Assembly: GCA_029941645.1 (NCBI GenBank)
Contig: JAPYSZ010000003.1
Span: forward strand, 1-38,018
Direction: 5' to 3'
Length of the DNA: 38,018 nt
Source: Candidatus Poseidoniia archaeon
GTDB lineage: Archaea; Thermoplasmatota; Poseidoniia; MGIII; CG-Epi1
The translations under genes and the position numbers were made by a program. The notes beneath the pieces were generated by a model. The model worked only from the letters and a program-made list of their open reading frames with translations. It ran no database searches and was not told the DNA's origin. Each line of letters opens with the position of its first letter. Position 1 is the stretch's first letter. Shown here piece by piece: positions 10,225 through 18,450 of this stretch.

Positions 10225-11352
10225 ATGGGATTGCTGATTATTGCCATAGACAGGGATAACGATTTGGGTCGAAAGACAGGAATCCGTAGTCCTGTAATCG
10301 GAAGAGAAGCTAATATTAAAGCAGCATTGGAATTAGGTTTAGCCGATCCTGAAGAAAGTGATACTAATACAATGTTAGAGGCAATTCGTACTTATGACCA
10401 ATTGTTGGATGATGGTGAAAATGTAGAGGTTGTAACAATCTGTGGAGATATCAGAGTTGGTACTAAATCAGACATGAAGATTGCTAATACATTGGATCAA
10501 GTAATTACTCAAACTAAATCGACTCGGGCAATACTTGTTAGCGATGGTTCCGATGATCTTCAGTTAGAACCAATAATCCGTTCACGTTTACGAATAGATT
10601 CAACACGTATGGTTGTTGTTCAGCAATCAAGACCTATAGAAGATACATTATACACAATCGTTCATAAAATGGAAGATCCTAAAATACAGAGACAATTTAT
10701 TCTTCCTATTGCATTAATCGTGTTTGTGTGGGGTTTAGCAGGTATTTTGGGTTTATCTGAAATAGCTTCAGGGCTTATTTGGGTTATTCTAAGTGGTTAT
10801 CTGTTAGTGAAGGTAGCTGGTTGGGAGGACGAATTCCGAACTTTTTATAATGAATTATTGACAACTAGCGAACGCGTTTCAGTATATTCTTATGTTTGGC
10901 TTATTGCAATTTTGTTATTTATTGTTGGTGTAGCACAGGGAATAGAGCAAATGGATTTGTCAAAAGAGCTTGGAGTTGCAGCAATGGTTCTTGCCTTCTT
11001 GGGTCTGGATGGAATCTTGCCATATCTGTTATCAGCGATAATTTGTATTGAGGTTTCACGAACAATAGATACTTACGTTAGAGAAGGTATTTTCAATATA
11101 AATATTATTAGATTCATATTTACGGTAGTAAGTCTCGGAGTGATTACAGCCGGAATTATAGATATAATGTCAGACGTTGTTGTTAGAACTGATTTGGCAG
11201 CTACTGAAGATCCCGATTATACTCAAGGTATTTGGTTTATTAGTTTAGGTTTGTTAATAGCGTTTATAGGCCGTATAGTTTTTGATATTCTTCGAGAAAG
11301 AATCGCAGAGGGTGATTCCACTTCCGACGAAAAGTTGACTATTGATGAATAG
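10225..11352 (+). CDS. DUF373-family archaeal membrane protein
   Basis: 375 aa. A soluble N-terminal domain (IIAIDRDNDLGRKTG...ADPEESDTN) is followed by about 6 TM helices, as in COG2237/DUF373. Confidence 0.6.
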   Translation: MGLLIIAIDRDNDLGRKTGIRSPVIGREANIKAALELGLADPEESDTNTMLEAIRTYDQLLDDGENVEVVTICGDIRVGTKSDMKIANTLDQVITQTKSTRAILVSDGSDDLQLEPIIRSRLRIDSTRMVVVQQSRPIEDTLYTIVHKMEDPKIQRQFILPIALIVFVWGLAGILGLSEIASGLIWVILSGYLLVKVAGWEDEFRTFYNELLTTSERVSVYSYVWLIAILLFIVGVAQGIEQMDLSKELGVAAMVLAFLGLDGILPYLLSAIICIEVSRTIDTYVREGIFNINIIRFIFTVVSLGVITAGIIDIMSDVVVRTDLAATEDPDYTQGIWFISLGLLIAFIGRIVFDILRERIAEGDSTSDEKLTIDE

Positions 11353-11358
11353 ACAATT

Positions 11359-11886
11359 ATGGGAACTTGTGAAGTTTTACGAATAGGTCATCGTCCTGAA
11401 AGAGATAAAAGAATAACAACACATGTAGCTTTGACAGCCCGAGCCTTTGGTGCTTGCAAGATTTTTTTGTCAAAGCCAGATAGTCGTATTATTGACACAG
11501 TAGGTAAAGTGACTGAAAAGTTTGGGGGGGATTTTATCATAGAAACTACAACAAATCCTAAAGCAATTGTTAAAAATTGGGTGGGAACAACTATACATCT
11601 GACTATGTTTGGACTTCCCATAGATGATAATTTAGAAGATATTAAGAAATGTAAAGGTCCTTTGTTATTTGTTGTGGGTGCAGAAAAAGTACCTCCTTGG
11701 GTTTTTGAACATTCCGATTTCAATATAGCTATTGGTAGCCAACCCCACTCTGAGGTATCAGCATTGGCAATTGCTTTATCAAAGATCAATGATGTATCTT
11801 ATAGCCAAAATTTTGAGGGTCAATTACAAGTAGTTCCATCAGGTGAACGTCGGAAAATGAAAAATAGAAGTGAAGTTGATTACTAG
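11359..11886 (+). CDS. trm56: tRNA (cytidine56-2'-O)-methyltransferase aTrm56 (SPOUT)
   Basis: 175 aa. VLRIGHRPERDKRITTHVALTARAFGA, HLTMFG, VGAEKVP and IGSQPHSEVSALA match Pyrococcus aTrm56 nearly motif for motif. Confidence 0.85.
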   Translation: MGTCEVLRIGHRPERDKRITTHVALTARAFGACKIFLSKPDSRIIDTVGKVTEKFGGDFIIETTTNPKAIVKNWVGTTIHLTMFGLPIDDNLEDIKKCKGPLLFVVGAEKVPPWVFEHSDFNIAIGSQPHSEVSALAIALSKINDVSYSQNFEGQLQVVPSGERRKMKNRSEVDY

Positions 11887-12275
11887 TCGGCTTTTTCTCT
11901 CTTTTTATCTGCCGCCAATGTTATTTCAATAAATGACATCCTAAAAGTTCCTTTTCCATCTTTCTTTGGTACATTTTCAGTTCCTATTTCTACGTTTTTA
12001 ACAACAGTTCCAATATCTTTTTTAAATCTATTTTTGAATTGTTCTGTGATGTTTACAGCATTAGAGATTGATTTCCCCCTTGCTTTTAATTTAACTTCTT
12101 TGATTTCCTCACGATCTAAGTATGACATCATATCAGGGAAGTACATGAATGGATCCTCAGCCCCTATGAATATAGTCCCTACATTACCATCTAACTTCTT
12201 GTTTACTCGAAATCTTCTTTTGTGTGTTTTCTTTGGTTTAGGCTTTTCAGGCTTCTCATTTTTGTTCTTGGCCAC
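11883..12275 (-). CDS. albA: Alba (Sac10b) chromatin/RNA-binding protein with a lysine-rich N-terminal tail
   Basis: 130 aa. The core IFIGAEDPFMYF...VKLKARGKSISNAVNITEQFKNRF...EIGTE...SFIEITL is the Alba fold signature. GTG start at 12275 sits 24-31 nt from an ATATATAG box. Confidence 0.8.
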   Translation of the reverse strand: MAKNKNEKPEKPKPKKTHKRRFRVNKKLDGNVGTIFIGAEDPFMYFPDMMSYLDREEIKEVKLKARGKSISNAVNITEQFKNRFKKDIGTVVKNVEIGTENVPKKDGKGTFRMSFIEITLAADKKREKAD

Positions 12276-12298
12276 TTAGTTTTTCCATTCCACAGTTC

Positions 12299-12306
12299 TA
12301 TATATC
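12299..12306 (-). promoter_or_regulatory. TATA box for alba (leaderless GTG start)
   Basis: The minus strand reads ATATATAG at -24..-31 relative to GTG 12275. Confidence 0.4.
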
Positions 12307-12307
12307 T

Positions 12308-13744
12308 CTAATCGAATGTTTCATTTTGCCATTTTACCTCTATTTTATTGTAGAAGAATATACTGAATAATGCTAAAATACCACATATACAGGATAATGC
12401 TATCAGCACTGTTGAAATACTGTGGCTAATCGCTAGACTTAGGATAGTCATAGCAATCATGGGCGGTACAGAAACCACAAAAAATTTGAGAAAGACTATT
12501 GCATCAAAGAGAGCTGAGTTTGTTCTAAGGCCAGTAGACCATGCAGTATAATTTACAATGTACATTCCAACAGTAATCATTACTATAATACCTATAGGGA
12601 GCAAATATATTTCTGAGCTCATATATGATATTAATGATAAAAATAATAGCGGAATCCACCAAGTTATAGTAAAAAACAGAACTAGCCGGGCTCTGACCAC
12701 ATCTGAAACAGTAACTGGTAATGTTGAATAAAAAGTAGGGCTATCTATCGTGTTTAACCAAGAGTAGATCATAGTCCCAAAAAACCCAACCATGACTCCA
12801 TAGAAAATTGTATTGAAATCAATTTGAATAGGTAGTCCTTTATCTATAAACCAATTCATAAAGGTTAGAATGGCGAGAGGGAATGCAAAAGAAAAAAACA
12901 TTTTTGTTCCGGTCTTACTCCTTTGCAAATCAATTCTTTCCTTTGAGATTATAGTAGGGTTTGAAATTTGTTTGGCCCAGTTAAACTTTCCAATGTATTC
13001 TTTTAATCTGTCTTGATACCCAACAGTCCTTATGGTCCCTTCTTCGTAATAATCCGTCACTAAAATTGTTGCACAAAAAGCAATTATTAAAGGATTAATT
13101 AATGATATAAAAATAAAAATAGGCTCTTTATGCAAATACCATTCTAGTGATGGTGTAATTGCAGTATCTTTAACAGATAACGCATAGATAATTAGTGTCA
13201 CAAGTCCACCACCAACACTAAATCCCCAGGAAAGTCTGTAAAGGCTTGATATTAAATATGCAAAAGATAGGCCAGTTAGGAACGAAAAAGATAAAGAGAT
13301 GCTGAATTCTATTAGGCTAATTAGATTTATCCCGTAAACATAGGATCCTATCAAACCTCCTATGAATGCAGGGATGAGTGTGAAAAAGGAATAGAAGATA
13401 AATTCTTTTACAAAGTATAGGAAGGTAATCTTTCTTTGTGTTATTGGTTGCGTTGTTGGTAGTCCTATGATCAATCCTAAATATCCGAAAATTCTTTCTA
13501 AGAATTCATTTCCAAAAAAAGCTAATGATCCTGCAAAAATGCCATAAAATAGAAATCCAAAATGCAGTACTTCTAAATATCCTAAGTATCCCATATCTGT
13601 AATCATTTCATCTGTAAATACAATTGCAAGAAAACCACTTATTGAGACTAATATAGGAAAAGAATAGAATCCTTTTCCACTTGCAAAGCTTGTGTTAAGT
13701 CTTATTTCTTCTTGAAGCATTCTCCATAATATTAGCCTATTCAT
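12308..13744 (-). CDS. Polytopic membrane protein, putative permease partner of the adjacent ABC ATPase
   Basis: 478 aa, at least 12 hydrophobic segments. ATGA overlap with the ATPase gene. No family motif recognised. Confidence 0.55.
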   Translation of the reverse strand: MNRLILWRMLQEEIRLNTSFASGKGFYSFPILVSISGFLAIVFTDEMITDMGYLGYLEVLHFGFLFYGIFAGSLAFFGNEFLERIFGYLGLIIGLPTTQPITQRKITFLYFVKEFIFYSFFTLIPAFIGGLIGSYVYGINLISLIEFSISLSFSFLTGLSFAYLISSLYRLSWGFSVGGGLVTLIIYALSVKDTAITPSLEWYLHKEPIFIFISLINPLIIAFCATILVTDYYEEGTIRTVGYQDRLKEYIGKFNWAKQISNPTIISKERIDLQRSKTGTKMFFSFAFPLAILTFMNWFIDKGLPIQIDFNTIFYGVMVGFFGTMIYSWLNTIDSPTFYSTLPVTVSDVVRARLVLFFTITWWIPLLFLSLISYMSSEIYLLPIGIIVMITVGMYIVNYTAWSTGLRTNSALFDAIVFLKFFVVSVPPMIAMTILSLAISHSISTVLIALSCICGILALFSIFFYNKIEVKWQNETFD

Positions 13745-14442
13745 TGTATTATTTCATGGAATAATTCTTCTAGGTTCATGTTTTGATCATCCAATTCCTT
13801 TACTTTTATCATAGATTGTATTTCCCCATTGTGGATTATAGCTGCACGATCGCAAAGTCTTTGGGCATTTTCTAACAGATGTGTATTAAGAAAAACAGTC
13901 CCACCTTTGTCAACATACTGAATTAACCAATCTCTTACTTTTGTCTGTACAATTGGATCTAAATTTATGAATGGCTCATCCAAAAACATAAGGTCAGTGT
14001 CAGAAATAAAAGCGGCGGCAAGCATTACTTTTTGTTTTTGACCTCTAGATAAGTTTCGGCACACCCGTCCTTCCATTGCTTCTAGTTCAAAGAAAGTTAT
14101 CCATTCTTCAATATCTGGATTTTCAATTTGTCTTATTGATGCAACCATTTCTAGAACTTCTCTCGGAGTTAGAAAACTAGGCGGAGACTCTTGTTCAGGT
14201 ACGATGGCTATTTTCTTCTTTACATCTATTACGTTATCTTCAATATTCATTCCTAATATTTCTGCCGTACCTTCAGACGACTTAATCTGGCCTGTCAGAA
14301 TCTTTAGTAAGGTTGTTTTTCCAGCTCCATTCGGACCTAGTAATCCAAAAAATTCTCCTTTTTCTATTTCTAGATTTACTTTGTCAAGAGCTAATACATC
14401 CTCATATTTCTTTGATAATTTATTACAAGAGATTACGGCCAT
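13741..14442 (-). CDS. ABC transporter ATP-binding protein (ABC-2/exporter-like)
   Basis: 233 aa. Walker A GPNGAGKTT, Q-loop, signature LSRGQKQ, Walker B LMFLDEP and H-loop NTH. Confidence 0.9.
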   Translation of the reverse strand: MAVISCNKLSKKYEDVLALDKVNLEIEKGEFFGLLGPNGAGKTTLLKILTGQIKSSEGTAEILGMNIEDNVIDVKKKIAIVPEQESPPSFLTPREVLEMVASIRQIENPDIEEWITFFELEAMEGRVCRNLSRGQKQKVMLAAAFISDTDLMFLDEPFINLDPIVQTKVRDWLIQYVDKGGTVFLNTHLLENAQRLCDRAAIIHNGEIQSMIKVKELDDQNMNLEELFHEIIQ

Positions 14443-14444
14443 TA

Positions 14445-14951
14445 TTATTTGAACATGGACAATATATTCTGAGTTATAGTATTTTCATCTTTTTCGTCTA
14501 CTACTAATTCTTCGTCATCATTTCCAAAAATGGTATTTCTTAAGAGGTACATAGTGGAATTATATCCTAAACTATCTTTACCAATAAGTCTTACTGGCAA
14601 TGGTAGGAGTTCCCAAGTTTTATCTACAAAGCCTTGGTAATTTCCATCGTTAGAGACATAGGATGTACCTTTACTGGCAACTTTTTTCATTGAACTTATT
14701 ACTATTTTTGTAGCTACAGTTATCACAATTTTATCTATAGCCCCTTTAACAACTTTTTCAGTAGTTACTGCAGCTTCAGTAACTTTTTCTGTTGCTATTT
14801 CTCCTATTGCTTTAGCCGAGTCCATCACTTTATCGGTTGCTTCTGATGCCTTTTCTCTTAGTGTATCTATGCTTTTCGCTCCCATTTCAGTTGCTTTTTC
14901 CAATATTCCCTCATAATCTTTCTTTTCTTTATCCTTATCATCATCTGGCAT
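14445..14951 (-). CDS. Hypothetical protein: acidic/helical repeat N-terminus, one hydrophobic segment, globular C-terminus
   Basis: 168 aa. First gene of the ABC operon, with a 2-nt gap to the ATPase start. No recognisable motif. Confidence 0.5.
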   Translation of the reverse strand: MPDDDKDKEKKDYEGILEKATEMGAKSIDTLREKASEATDKVMDSAKAIGEIATEKVTEAAVTTEKVVKGAIDKIVITVATKIVISSMKKVASKGTSYVSNDGNYQGFVDKTWELLPLPVRLIGKDSLGYNSTMYLLRNTIFGNDDEELVVDEKDENTITQNILSMFK

Positions 14952-14970
14952 AAACTCCCATCACCAATTC

Positions 14971-14980
14971 TATTATTAAA
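14971..14980. promoter_or_regulatory. Shared AT-rich TATA element between divergent tRNA-Leu and the 168-aa ORF
   Basis: TATTATTAAA ends 24 nt from the tRNA-Leu 5' end (15004) and begins 20 nt from ATG 14951 on the other strand. Confidence 0.4.
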
Positions 14981-15003
14981 TGTGTGGCCCAGAGGTATCC
15001 GTA

Positions 15004-15090
15004 GCGGGGGTCGCATAGCCAGGCCAATTGCGCTGGGTTTAGGTCCCAGTCCTTAGTGGTACGTGGGTTCAAATCCCTCCCCCCGCACCA
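15004..15090 (+). tRNA. tRNA-Leu (anticodon UAG), class II, CCA encoded
   Basis: Hand fold: acceptor GCGGGGG/CCCCCGC, 3-bp D stem GCA/TGC with AGCCAGG loop, anticodon stem CTGGG/CCCAG, loop TTTAGGT, 13-nt variable arm, T arm GTGGG-TTCAAAT-CCCTC (one U.U mismatch), then A-CCA. Confidence 0.85.
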
Positions 15091-15098
15091 TTTATATT
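15091..15098 (+). promoter_or_regulatory. TATA-like box upstream of the small basic ORF / ROK kinase unit
   Basis: TTTATATT lies immediately after the tRNA-Leu CCA, 20 nt before ATG 15118. Confidence 0.3.
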
Positions 15099-15117
15099 CT
15101 TATGATTTTAGTGAGTT

Positions 15118-15237
15118 ATGGTAGATGACACTGAAACTCCCAAAAAGAAAAGGGTTACCAAGGGAGATAAGAAGGCAAAAAAACATTTTAGTAGATACAA
15201 AAAAGGCGGACCTAAGAAGCAGAGAGTCAAATTGTGA
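15118..15237 (+). CDS. Candidate 39-aa highly basic small protein
   Basis: Own translation: MVDDTETPKKKRVTKGDKKAKKHFSRYKKGGPKKQRVKL*. Its TGA overlaps the GTG start of the ROK gene (GTGA). It is preceded by a TATA-like box. Below the ORF-track size cut-off. Confidence 0.3.
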   Translation: MVDDTETPKKKRVTKGDKKAKKHFSRYKKGGPKKQRVKL

Positions 15238-16091
15238 TTGGTGGTGCTGAACTTGGAGGGACAAAATGTATTCTTGCTGTAGCTAAGAGTCCTACAGAGA
15301 TTATAGAGAGAAAAATAATATCTACAAAGAGACCTGAATACACACTTGCAGAGATTTTTAAATTTTTCAATAATTTTGAGATAGAAAGTTTAGGAGTCGG
15401 AACTTTCGGTCCAATAAATATCGATAAAAAATCAAAAGAATATGGGCTTTTAGTGTCTGAAAGTAAGGAAGGTTGGCAAGGCGTCAATATATTTTCTGAG
15501 TTTTCAAAAAATATTAATACAAAGATTAGCTTAGACACTGACGTTAATGCAGCAGCTCTTGGAGAATATTTTTATGGTTCAGGTAAGAATTGTGATAATT
15601 TGATATACGTAACAATTGGTACGGGCATAGGTGTTGGGGTTTTGGTAAATGGTAAATCATATACAGGCAATTTTCATCTTGAGGTAGGCCATATACCTAT
15701 ACCCAATCCAGATCAAGTATCAGGCGTATGTAAGATTCATGGAGAATGTTGGGAGGGTTTAGCTAGTGGCCCTGCTTTAGAAAGGAGGTGGAAAATGCAG
15801 GGTTCGGAAATTCCAGAATCCCATATTGCTTGGGAAAAAGAGTCTCAATTAATTGCCTATGGTCTTATTTCAATAGTTGCGAATCATTCTCCAGACAAGA
15901 TAATACTAGGTGGTGGTGTTATGAAACAAAGTCATCTATATTCAAAAATTAGATCTCATTTTAAGAAAATGTGGAATAATTATACTCCATTAGTTGATTT
16001 AACAGATTTGATTTCCAAACCAGGTTTAGGTCCTGATTCAGGTATTATTGGCTCTTTAATTTTAGCAGATGGTGAGCCCGCCCAGATTTGA
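15234..16091 (+). CDS. ROK-family sugar kinase (fructokinase/mannokinase-like)
   Basis: 285 aa. N-terminal MIGGAELGGTKC (ATP-binding DxGGT-type loop), DVNAAALGE, IGTGIGVG, and zinc motif GHIPI...C..HG.CWE. Confidence 0.85.
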   Translation: MIGGAELGGTKCILAVAKSPTEIIERKIISTKRPEYTLAEIFKFFNNFEIESLGVGTFGPINIDKKSKEYGLLVSESKEGWQGVNIFSEFSKNINTKISLDTDVNAAALGEYFYGSGKNCDNLIYVTIGTGIGVGVLVNGKSYTGNFHLEVGHIPIPNPDQVSGVCKIHGECWEGLASGPALERRWKMQGSEIPESHIAWEKESQLIAYGLISIVANHSPDKIILGGGVMKQSHLYSKIRSHFKKMWNNYTPLVDLTDLISKPGLGPDSGIIGSLILADGEPAQI

Positions 16092-16145
16092 ACTGGAGTC
16101 TATACCACCCCAAGGTACAAGGATGCCAAACTACCCCACGGGCTC
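16070..16145 (-). tRNA. tRNA-Pro (anticodon GGG), CCA encoded
   Basis: Reverse complement: GAGCCCG-TG-GGGT-AGTTTGGCA-TCCT-T-GTACC-TTGGGGT-GGTAT-AGAC-TCCAG-TTCAAAT-CTGGG-CGGGCTC-A-CCA. Cloverleaf with a 7-bp acceptor stem. Overlaps the last 22 nt of the ROK ORF antisense. Confidence 0.88.
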
Positions 16146-16384
16146 TGCCAAGCAGAACTCTCCTCGAGGGGTTATGAGGTTTTGTTCTTGACTCCATACA
16201 CACTCAATAAACACTGACACTAAGGTGTTGCCGTCATTACACTAACGTGCTCAGGTTGAAGCACTAAATACATTGAATGCGTAAAGAAGAGTGATTGTCA
16301 GTTCCTGATTATCCCTTGAAAACCTACTGTTATGTGCTTGTTCGGGGGTTAATTATTACTTATCTTTACCTATATTTTAAAAAT

Positions 16385-16576
16385 TTAGTCGTAAGGTAAG
16401 AGTTCGTCAATTAAGTCTATATGAGAAACGTAAATCTTTCTGCAGCAGTAGCGTTCTATCCCTAAATCATCCATTACTTTACCAGGATCTTCACCTTTTT
16501 CTCTTCTCTCTACAAATTCTTCATAATGGCCGCCAATAACTTTGTTGCAACTAAAACATCTGACTGGTATTAACAT
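16385..16576 (-). CDS. rpoN: DNA-directed RNA polymerase subunit N (Rpb10 homologue)
   Basis: 63 aa. [15 protein letters not shown]...YCCRK is the Rpb10/RpoN zinc-bundle signature. Confidence 0.92.
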   Translation of the reverse strand: MLIPVRCFSCNKVIGGHYEEFVERREKGEDPGKVMDDLGIERYCCRKIYVSHIDLIDELLPYD

Positions 16577-16583
16577 TTTTTCT

Positions 16584-16985
16584 TCACCTGTATGACTTCT
16601 GCCTCTTTTTACGCGCTCCGCGTCCCATTGGATGCTTAGGTTCTTTACGTCTTGTGTCGTTAACTAATAAAGCTCTATCATAGCTTTGGAAAAGTTTCTG
16701 TAGTTTTTCATCTCCTGACCATTCTACTATTCCTCTGGCGATTGCTGTTCTTGATGCCTCAGCTTGTCCCATGACACCACCGCCCGCTACACTGACATTA
16801 ATATCAATGCGATTTGTGTGTTTGCCTGCTAATTCTAGAGGTTCTTGAATTTTTAGTCTGGCTAATTCAGGTTGGTAAAATTCAACTGGTTTATTATTTA
16901 TTCTAACACGGCCTTTTCCACTTCTAAAAGTAGCTCTAGCAATAGCAGTCTTTCTCTTACCACTGGTATGTATTATTTTAACCAT
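16584..16985 (-). CDS. rps9: 30S ribosomal protein S9
   Basis: 133 aa. [10 protein letters not shown]..., [10 protein letters not shown] and the C-terminal [13 protein letters not shown]. Confidence 0.95.
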   Translation of the reverse strand: MVKIIHTSGKRKTAIARATFRSGKGRVRINNKPVEFYQPELARLKIQEPLELAGKHTNRIDINVSVAGGGVMGQAEASRTAIARGIVEWSGDEKLQKLFQSYDRALLVNDTRRKEPKHPMGRGARKKRQKSYR

Positions 16986-17397
16986 TAAATTTAGCTCCTA
17001 AATTTTTGGAAACATCACCTAATCTTATGTATTTTGTAGAATCGTTCATTTTTGCATTCTCAATAGTTTCAGCTTTTTCTTTTTGTAAGGCTAAAGGAGT
17101 TCCAACATCAACTTTTAATCTTTTGAAAGCTTCTCTTCCTTTTGGTTTTTGGTAAGGAATCATTCCTCTTACAGCCCTTTTGAGCATCAAATGAGGCATT
17201 CTTGGATAGTATGGCCCTTTTCTTGGATGGTTTAGGTTTCTTTTGGATATATATTCACCAAATACCATGTCCTTAGATCCCGAAATTACTGCATTTTCTG
17301 CATTAATTATATGAACTTCTTCTCCATTTAATAGACTTTTAGCAACTGAACTTGCTAATCTTCCCATAATACATTCACTGGCATCTATGATTTTCAT
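16978..17397 (-). CDS. rpl13: 50S ribosomal protein L13
   Basis: 139 aa. [24 protein letters not shown], and the conserved position between L18e and S9. Confidence 0.93.
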   Translation of the reverse strand: MKIIDASECIMGRLASSVAKSLLNGEEVHIINAENAVISGSKDMVFGEYISKRNLNHPRKGPYYPRMPHLMLKRAVRGMIPYQKPKGREAFKRLKVDVGTPLALQKEKAETIENAKMNDSTKYIRLGDVSKNLGAKFNG

Positions 17398-17768
17398 TAA
17401 CCAACCACCACTATATTTGTTCCTTTTGGAACTGATTTGATTAGTTCATTATATGTTAAACATTTCCCGCCTGCAGACTGTATTTTATCTTTAGCAGAGG
17501 TCGTAAAACTATATGCAGCCACCGTCATTTTTTTCGTAATTATACCAGTTCCCATTAATTTACCAGGGATTATAGCTTTTCCATTTTTGTCAATGTTGTA
17601 TTCTAACTTACTAATATTTACACTGGGCCAGTTACGTGCTGGTCCTTCTAATCTTGTTGCAATGCTCCTCCACAGAGGGGCTTCATTTTTACGGGAAGCT
17701 TCTTTCAAATCTGCTATAGTTTTCACTAGGGTTGAATTGCTCTTTCGATTGATTTGTTTCAGAGACAT
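17397..17768 (-). CDS. rpl18e: 50S ribosomal protein L18e
   Basis: 123 aa. Size, basic composition and its position heading the archaeal L18e-L13-S9-RpoN cluster. Confidence 0.85.
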   Translation of the reverse strand: MSLKQINRKSNSTLVKTIADLKEASRKNEAPLWRSIATRLEGPARNWPSVNISKLEYNIDKNGKAIIPGKLMGTGIITKKMTVAAYSFTTSAKDKIQSAGGKCLTYNELIKSVPKGTNIVVVG

Positions 17769-17820
17769 TTTTGCATAGCCAAGCTTAGAGTGGTGGCCAG
17801 ATTGTGGTGTATATAAAGCA

Positions 17821-18426
17821 TTAGTCAGTTTTGATTTCTACTTTTCTACCTATAATAATTAACTTATCTGAGCATAGCAACTGTAAAGCTTTAGGTAATA
17901 TTTCGTGCTCATGTATTAAAATTTTTGCTGAAAGTGAATCTTCAGTTTCTCCATTTTCTACTTCAATTGATGCTTGCATTATAATTGGGCCTGAATCAAT
18001 ACCCTCATCTACTAAATGGGCAGTACAACCACTTATTTTAGCTCCATTATTTATTGTGTCTCTATGTGCATGTGCTCCTGGAAAGGCAGGTAGTAAGGAG
18101 GGGTGGATATTCAGTATTTTGTTACGATATGTTTTTATAAATATAGGAGTAAGTATTCTCATAAATCCAGCTAAAACGACGACTTCTATATTTTTTTCAC
18201 GGAATAAATCAATAACCTTTTGATCAAATTTATCCCTATCCATAGTACTGGAATCAACTACATCAAAATTTATTCCATGTTTTTTTGCTCTTTCTATAGC
18301 ATATGCATCTTTTTTGTTAACAATTAGGTGTACAATTTCAACATCAGGCGTTTCTCCCCTTATGCCTGCATCTATAATGGCTTGAAAATTACTCCCTCTT
18401 CCGGATGCCATCACACCGACTTTCAT
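17821..18426 (-). CDS. purN: Phosphoribosylglycinamide formyltransferase
   Basis: 201 aa. ASGRGSNFQAI, LAGFMRIL, NIHPSLLP and HLVDEGIDSGPII. Confidence 0.9.
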   Translation of the reverse strand: MKVGVMASGRGSNFQAIIDAGIRGETPDVEIVHLIVNKKDAYAIERAKKHGINFDVVDSSTMDRDKFDQKVIDLFREKNIEVVVLAGFMRILTPIFIKTYRNKILNIHPSLLPAFPGAHAHRDTINNGAKISGCTAHLVDEGIDSGPIIMQASIEVENGETEDSLSAKILIHEHEILPKALQLLCSDKLIIIGRKVEIKTD

Positions 18427-18450
18427 TTTGTCCCATCTAGGTCGTTTGTT

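Noticed and set aside
16146-16384. Identity of the rpoN/tRNA-Pro spacer as SRP (7S) RNA, RNase P RNA, a C/D-box sRNA or a second tRNA.
   Set aside because: I could not find the helix-8 GNAR/AGCA-type SRP motifs or RNase P CR-I (GAGGAAAGUCC-like). There is no RUGAUGA...CUGA pair in the right order and no T-loop GTTCRAATC on either strand. It stays an unclassified candidate only.
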